Numbered from the stretch's first letter, positions 9,804 through 19,960 are shown. The stretch is DNA of 64,000 nucleotides from Candidatus Heimdallarchaeota archaeon (GCA_030603365.1 JAUVXV010000001.1:224001-288000), one strand, 5' to 3'. Notes: generated by a model from the letters alone, not told the origin. Made by a program: numbers and translations.

Positions 9804-11582
9804 TTATTTTCTAAATCTTCTGAATGCTAGCAGTGAAGCAAGACCTAATAACGATAAGAAGATCAATCCTTCAATTCCAGCGCCTTTGCCGTATACATCG
9901 AAACCAGCTAATTCCATATATTCTAGAGCTAAGTCGATGTCGAAAGCATATGGATCAAGAGATTCATCAAAGGCAACTGCTACGTTTGGACAAGCAGTAA
10001 CACCAGGAGCGCCAAGTCCTTCAAGGATTTGAGCAACGATGATATCACGAGGAACTGCATGACTGATTGCTTTTCTGACATTTTTAGCAGCTTCAACAGT
10101 ACCCTCTGGTGTTAATTCACCAGTACCAAAGACGGGATGTCTCAAGTTCATGGCCATTTCTTGATGAGATGGGTCACTGACTAGAATACCTTCTACACCA
10201 GCTGGAGTGAAATCAGCTATTTGTGGGAAGTATTGTCCATCAACTATGTCGATATTCCCAGAAATCAATTCAGATACAGCAGTATCCTTACCAGAGATGT
10301 AGGTTAGATACCATTCATCAAGTAGAGGAGCTACGTAACCATCCAGATTTGCATATTCTACGTTTGGTACTAATTTAACTGTACTACTAACAGAATCAAA
10401 TGATTCCATTATCATAGGACCACAGGACATAACTAACCCATCACCAACGTTTCCAGTTAATGGTACTTCATTGAAAATGTCGTATCCAAATGAGCTAATC
10501 AATGGTTCAACAGTGCTTTTGTCGATAATTGAGAATGAGATTGTTCCTAATGCAAAAGCATTGACGTCAGTCATGTTGAAAGCAACTGTGTCTGTATCAA
10601 CAGCCCAAACTGAAGCGTTTGTTGCGAACCAGGTGTTATAGTAACTGTAATCGCCTGAACCTACAGCTGGAGTCATAAATAGTTGCATTGAGTATACTAT
10701 ATCTTCTGCTAGAACTGCTTCTCCATTACTAAATGTAGCACCAGCGTTAATATCAACAGTCATACTCTTTAGATCTGGACTGAAAACAGGTAGAGCTGCT
10801 GCAATCTGTGGTTCCCACACATTAGTGTCTTGTGCTCTTTGGTATAATGCACCATAAACTCCTCCCATCCATAAACCATCATAGAAGGATGCATAGATAA
10901 ATACATTCCATTCTGCAAGATTTGCTGGAATAGCGTATTTGATGATATGATCTGCTGGGTCATCCCAGAATTCATATCGAGCACTACCTGCACCTAACAA
11001 GAGTCCGTCAATACCAATTAATCCTTCTTTCATACCAAAGAGTGATTTTGGATAGACAAGGACAATGTCTGGTAAATCCTCGTAAAGTATTGCTTGCATC
11101 TGTTGTCCGTAAACAATCTGAGCTGCTTGATCTAATTCAGTTAGATAGCTTGTTAGCAAATCGTCATACACTGGGTTGATGTATTGGTAGAAGTTATCAC
11201 CATAAGGTACTAAACTTGCTGAGTCAAATAGACCAGTTGGATCCCAATCAAGACCCCAAGACCAACCGACAAAGAGAATATCGTATCCTCCTTCTGCGTA
11301 AGTTGGGATGTAATCGAAGTCATGCAACGGATAATACCAGGTACGAGGACCAATGTTTCCCCATCCGGTAGATTCATGGAAGTCTACACCAATACCAATT
11401 TTTGGTAATTGATTTTCCATAAGTAATGACCATTGATTTCTGGCTGCGCTTGTATTTGGTGATAGTAAGTTTACTGAGAAAACTTCTACAACCTCTTCAT
11501 CTTGAGCATTTACTTGCCCAATGAATACTGACAATGCAAACAGAAAAAGTAGGCCATAGCCTAAAATTACTTTTTTCTTCAT
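9804..11582 (-). CDS. ABC transporter substrate-binding protein, family 5 (peptide/nickel), C-terminally membrane anchored
   Basis: Signal peptide ..VNA/QD; FSNGEAVLAEDIVYS, GP..VKLVPN, VRKAISHAVPR, AFDIDLA; C-terminal TM + RRFRK; SD AGGTGA before ATG 11582. Confidence 0.88.
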   Translation of the reverse strand: MKKKVILGYGLLFLFALSVFIGQVNAQDEEVVEVFSVNLLSPNTSAARNQWSLLMENQLPKIGIGVDFHESTGWGNIGPRTWYYPLHDFDYIPTYAEGGYDILFVGWSWGLDWDPTGLFDSASLVPYGDNFYQYINPVYDDLLTSYLTELDQAAQIVYGQQMQAILYEDLPDIVLVYPKSLFGMKEGLIGIDGLLLGAGSARYEFWDDPADHIIKYAIPANLAEWNVFIYASFYDGLWMGGVYGALYQRAQDTNVWEPQIAAALPVFSPDLKSMTVDINAGATFSNGEAVLAEDIVYSMQLFMTPAVGSGDYSYYNTWFATNASVWAVDTDTVAFNMTDVNAFALGTISFSIIDKSTVEPLISSFGYDIFNEVPLTGNVGDGLVMSCGPMIMESFDSVSSTVKLVPNVEYANLDGYVAPLLDEWYLTYISGKDTAVSELISGNIDIVDGQYFPQIADFTPAGVEGILVSDPSHQEMAMNLRHPVFGTGELTPEGTVEAAKNVRKAISHAVPRDIIVAQILEGLGAPGVTACPNVAVAFDESLDPYAFDIDLALEYMELAGFDVYGKGAGIEGLIFLSLLGLASLLAFRRFRK

Positions 11583-11682
11583 TATTTTATTCACCTTTTC
11601 AAAATTCCACCTTTATGTTTATCATGTTAGTGGAAGCAAGAAAAAAGTGTTATCACATGTTAATAAGTGTTTTGTGTTATGA

Positions 11683-11771
11683 TTTCAATAATTAGGAGCG
11701 TTTTTTCATTCTAATAATTGGATTAGATTCTTTTCGTTTTTTGTGAATTTTTCTCATTCTAATAATTAATA
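11683..11771. promoter_or_regulatory. Three copies of palindromic motif TTCYAATWATTRGAA upstream of the SBP promoter
   Basis: TTTCAATAATTAGGA 11683-11697, TTCTAATAATTGGAT 11709-11723, TTCTAATAATTAATA 11757-11771; a near-perfect copy also occurs at 19998-20012. Confidence 0.55.
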
Positions 11772-11815
11772 CGTTATTTCGAACAACTGGACTTGTATAA
11801 AATAGAAGATTCAGT

Positions 11816-12277
11816 CTATCCAAAGTAAACAGCAAGCCTCAAAATTCCAAACAAAAACAATCCATAAAACAGCAAAAACATTCCTCCAAAATAGTAAGTA
11901 AAGGCATTAAAAGTAGCTTCTCTAAAGCTATCTCTTGACAACGGATCTGAGCCAATAAATCTTTCTTTAAGATTTGATATAAAGACGGATTGACCAAAAT
12001 TACCGAAACAAGCTCCTATGAAAATAACTAAACCTGCTTCCCCAAATATCACATACTGCAGGAAATCTAAGATAAAAAGTGTTTCAGTTCCATAGCCGAA
12101 ATAGAAAATCAAAAACAAGATGATATCAATAACAATGAAGATAATCGAAGATAGAAACCCCAGTAACATTATTTTTACCCAGTTTACTTTAATTTTTTGG
12201 GTTGTGTTATCTTTGTTCTCCCCCTGCTCTATCTCATCAACCTCTTTTTCAAGCCAAGGTTTCTTCTTCTGACTCAT
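11816..12277 (-). CDS. Membrane protein (3 TM), translationally coupled to the ABC ATPase
   Basis: Hydrophobic helices; ATGA start/stop overlap. Confidence 0.75.
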   Translation of the reverse strand: MSQKKKPWLEKEVDEIEQGENKDNTTQKIKVNWVKIMLLGFLSSIIFIVIDIILFLIFYFGYGTETLFILDFLQYVIFGEAGLVIFIGACFGNFGQSVFISNLKERFIGSDPLSRDSFREATFNAFTYYFGGMFLLFYGLFLFGILRLAVYFG

Positions 12278-13323
12278 TTTGTGCCCTTTTTGTTTGTTAT
12301 CGTTTCAGAGCAATATGGGCAGAATTTTGCAGTATGACTAACCAATTTACCACACATTGCACATGTAATAATCTCTTGCCCATTATTATTGTAAAGGTTT
12401 GGGTCAAAGACAGGAGTAAGAATAACATCACTACCTTTTACTGATATGGTGAAATGCTTTGGGTCATTAACTTCGCTTAAGATTGATTTTGGTAAAGCTA
12501 ACCTATTTTGTCTGTCTACTTCTAACAATCTGCTCTCTTCAAGATTCCTTAGAACAATCTCTTTTCCATGTCTTCCAATTATAATTCCATCTCGTAATTC
12601 AAGAATTCTATCAGCTCTTGACGCTACTTGTTGAGAATGTGTAACGATGCAAATTGCTATCCCAAGTTCTTTGTTTATTCTATCAAACAAATCAAGTATG
12701 CTTTCAGCTGTAACAACATCCAAGTCTCCTGTTGGTTCATCCCCAATTAGAATTCTAGGATTGGTTATTAAAGTGGTTGCTATTGCAGCACGTTTTTTTT
12801 CTCCCCCTGACAAAGTGTCTTCCCTCTTATCTTTTTTGTCCCAAATATTCAAAAACCTCAACAGAAATTCAGAACGTTTTTTTATGACTTTAGGATTAAT
12901 TCCTGCATAATGTCCTGCGAGTTCAATGTTTTCTTTAACTGTTAAGTGCGATAATAATCTACTATCTTGAAATATAACTCCAGCAAAAGATCTTCTTGCT
13001 TTGATTATTTCTTCAAGTGAAGATTTTGTAATATCTTTGGAAAGATCTTTCCAGAATACTTTACCTGAAGTGGGTTTTATTATACCTGCAATTGTATTAA
13101 CCAAAGTGGTTTTTCCAGAACCACTATGTCCTATTAGAAAAACTTTCTCCCTAGGATTTACTTTGAATGACACACCTCTTAGTGCTTGTGTTTCAATCTT
13201 ACCTGTTTGATAGATTTTGATAATATCCTCTGCTACTAATAATGGTATTTTTTTATCATTTTCATGATCAACTAAATTTTCTTGAGGAATCATGGAGCTA
13301 GTTGCCATTCTTAACAACATCAA
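12274..13323 (-). CDS. ABC ATP-binding protein (LolD/MacB-type) with C-terminal AbrB-like and zinc-ribbon domains
   Basis: GHSGSGKTT, LSGGEKKR, DEPTGDLD, VTH; C-term EVDRQNRLALPK and CAMC..CPYC. Confidence 0.88.
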   Translation of the reverse strand: MMLLRMATSSMIPQENLVDHENDKKIPLLVAEDIIKIYQTGKIETQALRGVSFKVNPREKVFLIGHSGSGKTTLVNTIAGIIKPTSGKVFWKDLSKDITKSSLEEIIKARRSFAGVIFQDSRLLSHLTVKENIELAGHYAGINPKVIKKRSEFLLRFLNIWDKKDKREDTLSGGEKKRAAIATTLITNPRILIGDEPTGDLDVVTAESILDLFDRINKELGIAICIVTHSQQVASRADRILELRDGIIIGRHGKEIVLRNLEESRLLEVDRQNRLALPKSILSEVNDPKHFTISVKGSDVILTPVFDPNLYNNNGQEIITCAMCGKLVSHTAKFCPYCSETITNKKGTK

Positions 13324-13463
13324 CTGGCTTTGAACACTAATAAGATTGTTTATCCACTCAAAAATTTAATACAGAATCTAAAGAGCTCTAATATTATTTG
13401 ATATTCTATAGAAAAATGAAAAATATAGAAGGAATTTTTCATCCTTCAATCTGAACTCTAATC

Positions 13464-14444
13464 TCATCTTAAATCTGGTTCTTTTCGTGATTCAATGAAT
13501 CCACTAACCCATTTATATGCAAAATTCTTGTTTTTCCATACATTATCAAGATTACCAATTAAAAGGATTATCAAATAAACTACAAAGAATGGAATTAGAT
13601 ACAATAACCATAGTGTCACTGCTATACCAATTGGATGATACTGACCTGGATGTGCCTTGCCTCCTTCGGTTTTGTATTGCGTTCCATAGAGTATAAATTC
13701 ATTCATAGTTCTATCCACAAACAATGAATAAAACAGACTCGTAAAATCCAAAGTGATATTGCCAGTCATTAAAGCCATTTCTACGCCTATTATTAAGCAG
13801 CTGATAGAAATGACAGTTAAGAATTTCTTTACACTGGGAAGATATTTAGTCTTCTTGATTTTCTTAAACATGATGAAATTATATGTGCCTGTAAAAACCG
13901 CTCCCAAAATGATTGGCATCATTACTAACCAAATATAGGTCTTTGTTAATTTAGGTCGAGCTGGATTTATCAATTCTTGTCCCCAAACATTGTCGTCACT
14001 AAAGAATCGTTGTAACTCGTTGAAGTCATTCTCTTCTACAGGTAAACCTCCATTTCTGAAATAACCACTATCTGTTAGTAAGAACAACCCCCATCCTAGT
14101 ATCAATACTATCATCGGAGCAAAAAACCATACAAGAAACGGTTTGGCTATGAATCTTATAGAAGAATCTTGACCACTATTCAAACCATATGTTAGAAAAA
14201 CATCAATCCAGTAGCCTGGTCCTTCAAAGAATTTTCCTCCTCTCATAGTATTTGTTATACCCATGATAAGAAAACTGATGAACCATGTGCTAAGCAGGTA
14301 AATACCAAAAGGAGAATGTACTTTTTTACCTACATATTTTCCTGTAGCAATTGACCAATCCTTCCAAACTTCTTTTTGTGTTCGAGGACCCAATTCTGTT
14401 GAACTTAATGCACCTTCATTGGATTCAGATTTATTAGATGCCAT
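13464..14444 (-). CDS. Multi-pass membrane protein, function unknown
   Basis: 326-aa ORF with about 5-6 TM segments. Confidence 0.7.
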   Translation of the reverse strand: MASNKSESNEGALSSTELGPRTQKEVWKDWSIATGKYVGKKVHSPFGIYLLSTWFISFLIMGITNTMRGGKFFEGPGYWIDVFLTYGLNSGQDSSIRFIAKPFLVWFFAPMIVLILGWGLFLLTDSGYFRNGGLPVEENDFNELQRFFSDDNVWGQELINPARPKLTKTYIWLVMMPIILGAVFTGTYNFIMFKKIKKTKYLPSVKKFLTVISISCLIIGVEMALMTGNITLDFTSLFYSLFVDRTMNEFILYGTQYKTEGGKAHPGQYHPIGIAVTLWLLYLIPFFVVYLIILLIGNLDNVWKNKNFAYKWVSGFIESRKEPDLR

Positions 14445-14585
14445 AACAATTTCATTTTGCTGATTACAATAAACATTTTAAACCTTTTCTCTCCATGATG
14501 AAGAAATTACGTTAAAAGAAATGCTTCAACCAAAATGCTTTAAGTGTGTTAATTTTTGATGAATTTAGCGCTTTGAGGACTAATT

Positions 14586-16019
14586 ATGACAGAAGAACAC
14601 ACTTTGACGCTCACTAGCTGTGGTATAGATGTTGGTACAACCACTTCCCATCTTATATTTTCAAAGTTAAAACTCGAGAAGGTATTCACACAAAGAGGAG
14701 TTAAGTTTGAAGTAACTGAACGAGAGATTCTATACAGAAGCCGAATAATGCTAACTCCACTAATAGATGGCTTAAACATTGATTATCTTAAACTCGTTGA
14801 ATTTATTAAGAACGAATATCAAAATGCAAATGTCTCAATTGACGATATAGATACTGGTGCAGTCATTATTACTGGGGAAAGCGCAAAAAAAGAAAATGCT
14901 GAAGAATTAGTAAAATCACTTGCTCACAAAGCAGGAAAATTTGTCTGTGCAGCTGCTGGTCCTAATTTTGAATCTGTTATTGCAGCAATGGGTTCTGGAG
15001 CAGCTCTTTACTCAAAAGAATCAAAAAAGACTGTAATTAACATTGACATAGGTGGTGGTACTTCTAATATCGCCATTGCTAAAGATGGTGAGATAGTAGA
15101 TGCTGCTTGTGTTAATGTAGGTGGCAGGTTATTGGCTTTTGATGATGAAAATAAAATCATAAGAATTGAAGCTCCTATAAAGAACTTAGAGAAGAAAATT
15201 GGTGTTACACTAGATTATGATATGTCCGTCACAGAAGATCAAAAGAAAGCAATGGCTAAAATTCTTGCAGATAGTTTATTTGAAGTCCTAAATCAGAAAA
15301 TCGAAACTGAGATCGCACAAAATTTGTTGATGACCAATCCAATTGAATTTGATGGTGTAATTGACGAAATGATTTTTTCTGGAGGAGTCGCGGAATATAT
15401 TTACAATAAAACTGATGCTGAATTTGGAGATTTAGGCAAATATCTAGGAGAAGAAATCAGAAAAATAGTGACTGAACAAGGTATAAAGCTACATGAACCT
15501 CAAGAATTAATACGAGCTACTGTAATTGGTGCGGGTCAATATACACTTCAAGTATCAGGTGTAACTACACATATTTCTGATTCAGAGATTCTTCCAATTC
15601 ATAATATACCCGTTTTAGAACCAAAACTAGATACTAGGGATATCACCGTTGAAAATGTTCGTAAAGCAATTCTGAAGAATTTTAATCTGTTTGATGTTAT
15701 TGAAGGAGAACAAACCGTAGCTCTTTCTTTCAAAGGTGCTATAGGTGGTTCGTATGCTGGATTAACAACATTTGTTAAAGGTGTTGTAAGTGCAATTCCA
15801 AAAACAATAGAAAAGAAAATGCCAATAATTATGGTTTTTGACAGAGATATAGGAAATTCTGTAGGAAATGTTATGAAAAGAGAAACCGATGCAAAAGAAA
15901 ACATCATCTCAATTGATGAAATTAGTGTTCAAGAAGGAGATTTCATTGATGTAGATAAACCGAAAGCAGGGGGACAAGTAGTCCCTGTTGTTGTGAAATC
16001 TCTTGTCTTTTCTAACTAG
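14586..16019 (+). CDS. eutA: Ethanolamine ammonia-lyase reactivating factor EutA-like (actin-fold ATPase)
   Basis: GIDVGTTTSHLIFS, IDTGAVIITGESAKKENA, AGPNFESVIAAMGSGA, NIDIGGGTSN, IRATVIGAG, VPVVVKSLVF. Confidence 0.88.
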   Translation: MTEEHTLTLTSCGIDVGTTTSHLIFSKLKLEKVFTQRGVKFEVTEREILYRSRIMLTPLIDGLNIDYLKLVEFIKNEYQNANVSIDDIDTGAVIITGESAKKENAEELVKSLAHKAGKFVCAAAGPNFESVIAAMGSGAALYSKESKKTVINIDIGGGTSNIAIAKDGEIVDAACVNVGGRLLAFDDENKIIRIEAPIKNLEKKIGVTLDYDMSVTEDQKKAMAKILADSLFEVLNQKIETEIAQNLLMTNPIEFDGVIDEMIFSGGVAEYIYNKTDAEFGDLGKYLGEEIRKIVTEQGIKLHEPQELIRATVIGAGQYTLQVSGVTTHISDSEILPIHNIPVLEPKLDTRDITVENVRKAILKNFNLFDVIEGEQTVALSFKGAIGGSYAGLTTFVKGVVSAIPKTIEKKMPIIMVFDRDIGNSVGNVMKRETDAKENIISIDEISVQEGDFIDVDKPKAGGQVVPVVVKSLVFSN

Positions 16020-16023
16020 ATAT

Positions 16024-17637
16024 TTACCATCCGATTGCTAATCCATCAGCTCGAGGACTAGAACCTCCACAAAGAACACCACTTTTTGGATTTCGCTTAA
16101 TAATTTGCCCTCTTCCAAAAATCATTCTTGAAGCACCTGATGTGGGAACTATTTCATGACCCATAGTGCTCAAAATGCTCATAGTAGCAACATCTATGCC
16201 TTCTTCAAGTGCTACTTTTCCACCACCAGTACCATCCCTAATGGTAAATCTTGGTGCATTAAGGGCTTCTTGGGGGTTCATATTAAAATCTACCATATTT
16301 ACAATGACCTGTGCATGTCCTTGAGGTTGATTAAATCCTCCCATGACTCCAAAACTTGCATACAATTCATTATCTTTAGTAGCCATTCCAGGGATAATTG
16401 TGTGATAGGGTCGTTTATTTGGTCCAAGAACATTAGGGTGTCCAGGCTCTAAAGTAAAGTTTGCTCCTCTATTTTGAAGAGTAAATCCGCATCCTTTAGG
16501 AATTAAACCTGTTCCAAAACCCATGTAATTAGAATTTATAAAGCTACATGCATTTCCTTCTCCATCAACAACGGAGAAGTAAACTGTATCCGAACTTGTA
16601 ACTGGAGAACCCTTTTGAACATCAATTGAAGCTTTTGTGAGATCGATAAGTTTTCTTCTCTCAGATGCATATTGCTTAGATATTAGCTCTTGTATAGGTA
16701 CATTCACGACAGCAGGATCAGCAACATACCAACGAGTATCTGCAAAGGCAATCCTCATAGCTTCAATCATAACATGAAGGTGTTCAGCTGATGAATGCTT
16801 CATACTTGCAATATCAAATTCTTCGATAATGTTTAGTGCAATCAAAGCGGCTATTCCTTGTCCATTAGGTGGAATTTCATGAACTTCAACACCTCTATAA
16901 TTGGTAGATATTGGTTCATCAAATGTACTCTTGTGGTTCTGCAAATCATCAAGAGACAAAACACCATCAAATGACTGTATCAACTCTACAATTGCTTCGG
17001 CAATCCTTCCTTTGTAAAAACCATCTTTACCATGTTCAGCAAGCTCTTTGAAAGTTTGTGCTAATGTAGGATTTTTCATTATCTCTCCTTCCTTAGGAGC
17101 ATTTCCATTAAGCAACATTTCTTCCCCGTAAGGACCACTTTTTAATATCGGTTCACTTCTTTTCCATGCTCTTGCCGTGAAGGGAGCAACTGGAAATCCC
17201 TCTTCAGCTAACTCTATAGCTGGAACAAGAACTTCTTTTAAAGACAATGTTCCTAGTTTATTTATAGTGTCTACCCATCCTGCAGCTGCACCAGGAACTG
17301 TAATGGTGTGGATGCTTCTAGGAGGAAGGAAACCAGTTATTCCTTGATTCGCAAGAAGCTCTAGATTTAGCTCTGAAGGAGCTCTTCCACTAGCATTTAG
17401 CCCACTAACTTTTTTTGACGAATTATCAAAATAAAGACAAAAACAATCTCCACCAATACCTGTAGAACAAGGTTCAGTAACATTCAAAGCAGCAGCTGTT
17501 GCAACAGCTGCATCAGCAGCATTTCCTCCCTTTTGAAGTATTCTCATACCTGCCTCGGAAGCTAAAGGTTGGCTAGATGCTACCATTCCTCTTCTGCCAT
17601 AAACTGGAGAACGAAAAGAATCAAAACGCAAACTCAT
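16024..17637 (-). CDS. ggt: Gamma-glutamyltransferase
   Basis: GGNAADAAVA, STGIGGD, PPNGQG, nucleophile DTVYFSVVD, QNRG, PYHTIIP, GVMGG..QPQG. Confidence 0.93.
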   Translation of the reverse strand: MSLRFDSFRSPVYGRRGMVASSQPLASEAGMRILQKGGNAADAAVATAAALNVTEPCSTGIGGDCFCLYFDNSSKKVSGLNASGRAPSELNLELLANQGITGFLPPRSIHTITVPGAAAGWVDTINKLGTLSLKEVLVPAIELAEEGFPVAPFTARAWKRSEPILKSGPYGEEMLLNGNAPKEGEIMKNPTLAQTFKELAEHGKDGFYKGRIAEAIVELIQSFDGVLSLDDLQNHKSTFDEPISTNYRGVEVHEIPPNGQGIAALIALNIIEEFDIASMKHSSAEHLHVMIEAMRIAFADTRWYVADPAVVNVPIQELISKQYASERRKLIDLTKASIDVQKGSPVTSSDTVYFSVVDGEGNACSFINSNYMGFGTGLIPKGCGFTLQNRGANFTLEPGHPNVLGPNKRPYHTIIPGMATKDNELYASFGVMGGFNQPQGHAQVIVNMVDFNMNPQEALNAPRFTIRDGTGGGKVALEEGIDVATMSILSTMGHEIVPTSGASRMIFGRGQIIKRNPKSGVLCGGSSPRADGLAIGW

Positions 17638-17687
17638 GGTGAAAAAATAACTTAGCTTAAAATAAATCTAATGGTCAATCTATTTTA

Positions 17688-18485
17688 TCACTGTTGGAAG
17701 AACTCATTTAATATCTGGAAAAATTTGAGCCTATTCCAATCAAAGTTTTCTATTCCGTAATCTTCAAAGAAGTATTTGACCCATTCTTCACCATAATTGT
17801 AACCAATGCTCCATATTACAGCTGCTAAATCAAAATATCTATCATTTATCCCTCCCCAAGACCAATCAACGAAACCACTTAAGTTACCTTCTTTAATCAG
17901 AATATTGGGTAAACAATAATCTCCATGAGAGAAAACAAGATCATATTCATCTGGTTTTATTCTTGTAACTTCTTTTAGTAATTCCTCAGGACTTATATCA
18001 GACCATCTTGTGTCAAACTGACTAGTATCAATGTTACCTTTTTCCAATCTGTCCTTTGCCATTTGCATTAATTTGTCCGGTGAGTTGTCAATCGGACATG
18101 AAACAATAGGAACTGAATGTATTTTTCTCAAACCTTCAGCTAAAATTCTGATGTTTTTACGTTTTTCAGCATCAGATCCCACAAAATGAGAAACTTTTCC
18201 TTGTATTTCAGAAATCAAGAGAAATGCCATTTCATTCTTTTTCCCAAAATAAATGACTTCAGGAACCTCTAGTTTTTTTGATAACCATTCAAGAATAGTT
18301 TTCTCCTTTTCTAAATCGAAGATTGAATCAACTTTGTTGATCTTGAGATAAAAGGTCTGTTCAATATTAGACAATCTGAGAACTTTAGCTTTTGAACAAC
18401 CTATATTAATAACCTCAAAAGAAAACTCCATCAAAATTTTCTCGAGTTCTTCAGGAAGGTCTAATGACTTGATTTCTTTATCCAT
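17688..18485 (-). CDS. APH(3')-family aminoglycoside phosphotransferase-like protein
   Basis: IGCSKAKV, FYLK, SHGDYCLPNIL, GFVDW, DRYFDLA, FFEDYG..LNEFF; ATG 18485 downstream of a TATA-like element gives 265 aa. Confidence 0.85.
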   Translation of the reverse strand: MDKEIKSLDLPEELEKILMEFSFEVINIGCSKAKVLRLSNIEQTFYLKINKVDSIFDLEKEKTILEWLSKKLEVPEVIYFGKKNEMAFLLISEIQGKVSHFVGSDAEKRKNIRILAEGLRKIHSVPIVSCPIDNSPDKLMQMAKDRLEKGNIDTSQFDTRWSDISPEELLKEVTRIKPDEYDLVFSHGDYCLPNILIKEGNLSGFVDWSWGGINDRYFDLAAVIWSIGYNYGEEWVKYFFEDYGIENFDWNRLKFFQILNEFFQQ

Positions 18486-18859
18486 CAAAATCAAAGTATC
18501 TTTCATTTCTGCTTTTAAATTATTTTGGACTTGAACAAAATAGTCTAAATTTATACCATCGAGATGTTTGTGATTCTCATGATCTGCTTCAGTTACCACA
18601 TTTTTGGTATAAAAGAGAGAGAACTGATTGATTGATTTGGAGATGGCTTTAGAGAATATAAGAAAACTACTCCTGTAATAATTAATCAACCTAAGAATTT
18701 GGGAAATTTCTGAAGTTTTTGGTAGGAAGAGACTTTTAGTGCAAAAAAGTAAAAAATACTTTTTTTCTGATTTTTCTCTTTTTTGTAAATCTCTACTCTT
18801 CTAGTAAGGAGATACATCTAAGAAAATGGGTTACAATAAGGTAGGTCTGATAATTAATT

Positions 18860-19207
18860 CTAATTACAGAACTTGAGGATTTTTTCATAGATACGTAAAA
18901 CTATGTCTACTATCTGATTCCAATTATCTCTTGAAATACCATCATCTATAATCTCTAAAAGCTGATTTACTTCTCCTAGGATGTCTATATTACAGTATAT
19001 CTCCATTTCACCAATGAAAATTTGGAGCCTATTCCTTAATTTACAAGTATGGTGTATTAATCCTTCCTTCAGTTTTAGAATCTCACAGAATATTTCACTC
19101 ATTTGTTTTAATTTTACTTTAGTCATTAGAATTTGCAATGAATGTTCGAAATCAGAATCTTGTTTGCTTTTTCTAAGACTATTTGAGTCGATAATCAAAT
19201 ACACCAC
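18860..19207 (-). CDS. Hypothetical protein, divergent from TetR
   Basis: 115-aa ORF with GTG start; no recognisable motif. Confidence 0.45.
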   Translation of the reverse strand: MVYLIIDSNSLRKSKQDSDFEHSLQILMTKVKLKQMSEIFCEILKLKEGLIHHTCKLRNRLQIFIGEMEIYCNIDILGEVNQLLEIIDDGISRDNWNQIVDIVLRIYEKILKFCN

Positions 19208-19276
19208 TTAACTGAACGCCGTTTATTTATCATTCGTAAGGCACTTATAAATTTTATTAACTGAACATCGTTCATT
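19208..19276. promoter_or_regulatory. Two candidate TetR operators
   Basis: TTAACTGAACGCCGTTTATT (19208-19227) and TTAACTGAACATCGTTCATT (19257-19276); core palindrome TGAAC-N3-GTTCA, flanking TATA-like cttataaa. Confidence 0.65.
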
Positions 19277-19312
19277 AAAAAAACTTATTTAGGTGAAACA
19301 CAATTTACATCG

Positions 19313-19960
19313 ATGACTCAGACTAGAGCTAGATCAAAAGAAGCCAAAGAGCAACAAGTTCGAAATATAATAGATGAAGCTCGGAATTTATTCATAGAGG
19401 TGGGAACAAGAGGGTTTAGTATGAGGGCTTTGGCAAAAAGACTTAACATGTCACAAGGCAACCTATACAATTATTGGTCTAGTAAAAGAGAACTATGGTA
19501 CGCGATTCTTAAGAGAGATTTTGAAGACTTTGAAAATGAGATTAAAGGGATCATCACTTCCCACAAAGGAACTATTATTGAGATATTAGAAAGTTTAGCA
19601 GATTTTTATTTTGATTTTGCTGAATCAAATTATCGTCGATATCAAATGATGTTTGTTATCCCTCCTCCACCTGCAGAATCTTCTGGGTCAGTTGAGGATG
19701 AATTCGAACCTCAGTCAATAAATATGCTTTTACTAATTATTGAAAATGCGATTTTAGAAATGAACATTGAAAGCATTGATGCTAAGAAACTTTCGGTGTA
19801 CTTATGGACAGTAATTCATGGGACTGTATTGATAACAAATACAATCCTCTTTGATAAAAGATATGAAACAGCTGTTTTCGGGAGCAAGGAAGAATTTAGG
19901 GAATATGCTAAGAATCAATTAAAAAATCAATTAGTTACAGCTTTCATGAACACGACATGA
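19313..19960 (+). CDS. TetR/AcrR family transcriptional regulator
   Basis: IIDEARNLF..GFSMRALAKRLNMSQGNLYNYWSSKREL; C-term WTVIHG. Confidence 0.93.
   Translation: MTQTRARSKEAKEQQVRNIIDEARNLFIEVGTRGFSMRALAKRLNMSQGNLYNYWSSKRELWYAILKRDFEDFENEIKGIITSHKGTIIEILESLADFYFDFAESNYRRYQMMFVIPPPPAESSGSVEDEFEPQSINMLLLIIENAILEMNIESIDAKKLSVYLWTVIHGTVLITNTILFDKRYETAVFGSKEEFREYAKNQLKNQLVTAFMNTT

Noticed and set aside
14493-14565. ATGATGA box C suggesting a C/D sRNA
   Set aside because: No box D (CTGA) at a suitable distance; the region is a divergent promoter
18486-18689. 68-aa N-terminal extension of the APH(3') ORF
   Set aside because: Contains a TATA-like element and is not needed for a full-length APH(3'); ATG 18485 is more plausible
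18790-18809. TCTCTAC-N5-TAGTAAGG resembling the flanks of the 26624 16-mer
   Set aside because: Core and spacing differ and there is no surrounding hairpin; possibly chance, relevant only if the DNA-operator alternative holds
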